This document shows positions 41,631 to 45,336 of a stretch of 45,336 nt of DNA, piece by piece. Position numbers and translations under genes: made by a program. The number at the start of each line of letters is the position of its first letter. Within the stretch, counting starts at the first letter, position 1. Below the pieces are notes generated by a model. It worked only from the letters and a program-made list of their open reading frames with translations, had not been told where the DNA came from and ran no database searches. The DNA is from Histomonas meleagridis 2922-C6/04-290x. Taxonomy: Eukaryota > Protista > Parabasalia. The DNA is taken from positions 1 through 45,336 of the forward strand of contig JAANOX010000123.1 in NCBI GenBank assembly GCA_020184695.1, given 5' to 3'.

Positions 41631-42782
41631 ATGATCTTTTTCTTCATTCCTTCAGTAATATCAATTTCAATAGAATTAACACGTGAAAACTTTGATGAAG
41701 TAGTAAATAATACAGATAATAAACCAGTTTTCTTGAAGCTTTGGGCAACTTGGTGTCCACACTGTAAGAAATTCCAACCTGTTTGGGAAGAATTATCAAA
41801 TTCAGAAAAGCTTCTTAACGATGTCATATTTGCAGAAATCGAGTGTGAAAGTAATCGAGAACTTTGCTATAAGTTTCAAGGACAAAATTTCCCTCGCATA
41901 TATTGGATGGATAGAAAGCAAAATATAAATGTTCAATACAATGGCCCTCGCACATACGAACATTTTACCATGTTTATTCACAAGCAATTAAATTTTCCAT
42001 TGATTCCAGTTGAAAATTTAACTGAATATCAACAAAAATCAAATGAGACGACATCATTTGTATTTCAAATTCCAATTGAAGATAAATCCAAAATTACACT
42101 TTCCAAATCTATAGCAACCAAATTCCGACATTATGAATCCCAGTTTTTACTTCTCAATAGCGATAAGCCGAAGCTCATTGCTCTTACGTCACCAGAGCGC
42201 ACTGTTGAATATCAAGGCATTTGGAGCGAGTCTGAAATCTCAAATTTTGTTAAACTCAATTCCCTTCCATTTCTTACAACTTTCTCTGCGGCAGCTATAA
42301 AGCACTCTGAGCTTGAAGATCTTCCTATTTTCATAATACTTAATCGCACTCTATCGTCATCACTAATTGATCTTGCAGATCAAGTTGCATCACACTTTCT
42401 TGTTGCAAAAGCTAATTGCGACAATCAAGCATGGATCTGCAGATACACATCTATCGATCTAAACGCCACTGTTCCACAGTTTGTTATCTTCGACCGAAGA
42501 AATCGAATTTTTTGGGTCGATCGCGAAAATAACAAAACAAACGAAGACGTATTACAATGGATGAACAACGTGATCAAAGGCACAGCTAAAAAAGAGGGCC
42601 CAGGACGCGGATTCTTCGGCCCAATGCGCGAGAGAGAATATGAAGAAAGAGCAATGGGACAAGAAGGAGGAGCAAAGGTGCAAAACATTGTATTCGTTGT
42701 CATCATTTTGCTGGCCGTCGCAAGCTTTGCTTATGACATGGTGGCAAACAGAAGGCCTAAGAACAAGAAGAAAGAAGAGTAA
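41631..42782 (+). CDS. ER membrane thioredoxin/PDI-like protein (TMX3-type architecture)
   Basis: N-terminal signal peptide, WATWCPHC active site, inactive Trx-like domains, C-terminal TM segment IVFVVIILLAVASFA, and KKEE* dilysine ER-retrieval signal. Confidence 0.88.
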   Translation: MIFFFIPSVISISIELTRENFDEVVNNTDNKPVFLKLWATWCPHCKKFQPVWEELSNSEKLLNDVIFAEIECESNRELCYKFQGQNFPRIYWMDRKQNINVQYNGPRTYEHFTMFIHKQLNFPLIPVENLTEYQQKSNETTSFVFQIPIEDKSKITLSKSIATKFRHYESQFLLLNSDKPKLIALTSPERTVEYQGIWSESEISNFVKLNSLPFLTTFSAAAIKHSELEDLPIFIILNRTLSSSLIDLADQVASHFLVAKANCDNQAWICRYTSIDLNATVPQFVIFDRRNRIFWVDRENNKTNEDVLQWMNNVIKGTAKKEGPGRGFFGPMREREYEERAMGQEGGAKVQNIVFVVIILLAVASFAYDMVANRRPKNKKKEE

Positions 42783-42859
42783 CGATTTATTATACAATAA
42801 AACAAAAATGTGTTTCTGAGTAATTTGATCGTTTTAGCCGCTACGATACATCGTTTAAA

Positions 42860-44713
42860 CTATGATTCGTTCGTGGAATTTGATGTACTGTTGTTGATTA
42901 CTGTGAAATTATTGGTGGAATTCAAGACTGCGTAATTATCAGTACTATTGTAGGTGGTAAAATTATCAGTAGTGTTGGATATGATGGCACTTTTGCGATT
43001 TGGTATGAGAGTTATTGGTTCTTGAAGTAGAAGAACTTTGACTATCATAACAAACAGCAAAATTAGCGCCCATATGAAAAGTATCATGAAAGCAGTGGAT
43101 TCGCATTTTTCAAATTCAAGATTCTGATGTGAGGATTTGTGACCTCTTCGGTGGTGTTTCCTTGCACTGCTTTGTGGATGCTTTGAGTTTCCTTTGATTT
43201 GTTTTGATGGAGAATGATCATTTGCAAATTCTTCATCATCAAAAATAATGCCTCTTTCAACAATTTCCGCATTATCACCTTCGTTTTGCATATTTGATTT
43301 ATTTCCGATGTTGCCTTTGTTGTTAGAGCTTTTTGGTGTTTGTGGATTAGATATATCGAAGTGTACCTTTAGTCGCGATTTTGATGTCGCATCATCAGCC
43401 TTGTCACTGTCGCTTACTTTCGCAGGTGATTTGCCATTTTTGGTTTTTCCTTTTTTGGAATTATCTTTTTGATTTGAATCATTATTTTGGTCGTGTTTCT
43501 TGTTTAACTCATCATCTCCAGTTTTCGCTTTTTGATTCTTCTCTTTATTTTTATTATTTTTTTCGCGATTGCCGAAATCTTTTTGATTAGCATTTTTCAA
43601 AATCGGTGTAGGCTGGTATGAATCGAAGTCCATTTCCTCGTCACTGCTCCTTGTGTTTCTTTTGACTGATTTCTTGAACCTATCGATCTCAGGATCAAAT
43701 ACTTTTCTATCGAGTGAGAAATTCTTCCCAAGTTGTTTTATTTTAACTTCTCTAGCTTTGTCATCGTCACCATCTAGTAATGGGGATAGAGTATCTCTTG
43801 ATGGAGTTGATATACATCTTTTCTTGATTTCATTGGGAGAACGCCTATCGGCAAAAGCACTTTTAACGCTTTTGGCGGTTGCGCTTTTCAATTCGTTTAT
43901 CGTAATAACGAGTTTTCTGTGCGTTTTGGCAATTTCACTGTCGATGTCATTTAGAAGGTCTGTCTGTCTTTTGAGGTTTGAGATATAATATATAATGTTA
44001 TCAAGTGCATCTTCAATTGTTTGGATAGATTCATTTTGTGATTGTTTTGGTAAAGTTGATAAATTAAATATTTTAACATATTTTGTTGAAACATTGTTAC
44101 GAAAGTTACGAAACTGATTTCGCATTTGCTCGAGATTACGTATCTTCTGCTCATCACTGGAATTAGAAGAAATAATTTTTTCAAAATGATTAGTGATGGT
44201 TGAAAAGTCCTGAATTGTTTTATTAGCAATGAGGTTATGATCTTTTTTGGGAACTGTTGCAGTTGGTGGCAATGAAATAGCCTCGTTAAACAAATTAAAA
44301 ATGAGATTTAATAAATCCTTGATCTCACTTATAGCATAATTGATGGATTTGTTACTGGCAATTTCACGTAACACCTCGGTAAACATATTCCAAAATGACC
44401 AGAATTGTTCTATTTCTTCATTGTCATCAGGATCTTCTTCAATATGTAAGAAAGAATCTTTCATTTCATCTAATAACTCATTGTAGCTTTCTTCTTCCTC
44501 TTGAGGCAATGCAGCTGGTGCTCTATCAAATTTTGCTAAAATGTTATAAATGTTTCTTTCTTGAACTTTTGTTGGGGAAGAATATAACCGAAACTCAATT
44601 TTTTTCATGGAATCTGTTGATTTTGCGATGCCCTTTTTTGAGTTTAATTTTTGCTTTTGCGAGTTGATGATCTGATCCATTTTAGTTTTTAACGGCAGAA
44701 CCAAAATTGACAT
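42860..44713 (-). CDS. Unknown protein: helical N-terminus, charged low-complexity middle, single C-terminal TM, sequon-rich tail
   Basis: Long ORF of about 617 aa. TM segment FMILFIWALILLFVMIVKVLLL is followed by a tail with many N-x-S/T sequons. An alternative ATG is at 44680. Confidence 0.75.
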   Translation of the reverse strand: MSILVLPLKTKMDQIINSQKQKLNSKKGIAKSTDSMKKIEFRLYSSPTKVQERNIYNILAKFDRAPAALPQEEEESYNELLDEMKDSFLHIEEDPDDNEEIEQFWSFWNMFTEVLREIASNKSINYAISEIKDLLNLIFNLFNEAISLPPTATVPKKDHNLIANKTIQDFSTITNHFEKIISSNSSDEQKIRNLEQMRNQFRNFRNNVSTKYVKIFNLSTLPKQSQNESIQTIEDALDNIIYYISNLKRQTDLLNDIDSEIAKTHRKLVITINELKSATAKSVKSAFADRRSPNEIKKRCISTPSRDTLSPLLDGDDDKAREVKIKQLGKNFSLDRKVFDPEIDRFKKSVKRNTRSSDEEMDFDSYQPTPILKNANQKDFGNREKNNKNKEKNQKAKTGDDELNKKHDQNNDSNQKDNSKKGKTKNGKSPAKVSDSDKADDATSKSRLKVHFDISNPQTPKSSNNKGNIGNKSNMQNEGDNAEIVERGIIFDDEEFANDHSPSKQIKGNSKHPQSSARKHHRRGHKSSHQNLEFEKCESTAFMILFIWALILLFVMIVKVLLLQEPITLIPNRKSAIISNTTDNFTTYNSTDNYAVLNSTNNFTVINNSTSNSTNES

Positions 44714-45336
44714 ATTCAAATTTCAATAATTTTTGAAAAAGTGTTATCAATAATTTTGTGCATGAGCTAACAATTCAAGACAGAAACCGTTTAATTTTTA
44801 AATCCGCAAAACAACAAAAACAAAAAAAAGAATATATTTTTTTTCATCAGGTTAAAGTTGAAAATTGTTATTTGATTTAAAGTATCAAAAGAAGGTAGAA
44901 GTTGTTACAACAAAATATTTCTAATCTGACCTTTACCCTTATTTTGATGAACAATCAATACATTGTCACTTTTAATTTAAAAGCAATCACTGTCAGACAA
45001 ACTTTGAGAAAATGAAATGTACGTTTATTATTGGAAGTTTAAGATCTACATTAAAAATAAAACTAAAAATGTTGTTGGAAACCAGAGAAAATTAAAGCAT
45101 CAGAAAGAAAATAACCTTGATAATTAATGTGTATTGGAAAGTTTTTGGGAGTTTGTTATGAATTGATTTTTAATTTTTAGATCCAAAAGCAATTTAAATT
45201 AAATAAACATGAGCATTTGTGTGTCTTGTTGAACATTTTATTTTTGGATGAAACGATCCATTTATTGATCATTTATACATTTAAGTATTAGATTTTTTGA
45301 ATTAATATATGGTCGATTATTTAGAAATCCGTTAAG

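Overview
AT-rich, gene-dense, apparently intronless eukaryotic DNA from a parabasalid protist (Trichomonas/Tritrichomonas/Histomonas-like). The assignment rests on a trichomonad-type histone H3, TCAYTW initiators just upstream of ATGs, a Motif 3/Motif 5 promoter on a ribosomal protein gene, and stop codons embedded in TAAA poly(A) signals. Intact genes: 5'-truncated TOR-like PIKK, multi-SPRY protein, HEATR5/Laa1, CK1, tRNA-Lys(UUU), a multi-TM/PAS protein with a degenerate class III cyclase domain, tandem RalGAP-beta-like and RalGAP-alpha/TSC2-like genes, a divergent PPP phosphatase, a Rab, a coiled-coil protein, Elp2, IFT43, profilin, a minimal EF-1beta, a divergent H3/H4 pair, uL22, a TMX/PDI-like protein and a C-terminally anchored glycoprotein. 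Four decayed elements are not shown as such by the ORF track: an AttH/CrtC-like (possibly bacterial-derived) pseudogene, an Mrp/Nbp35/Cfd1 remnant, a Mutator transposase fossil, and a CYFIP/Sra1 copy reduced to its two ends by a large internal deletion. Several signalling genes appear to have lost catalytic or inhibitor-binding residues. I found no clearly new biological system; the strongest leads are the predicted pseudo-enzyme signalling genes and the cryptic pseudogenes. All family calls come from remembered motif alignments, not database searches.
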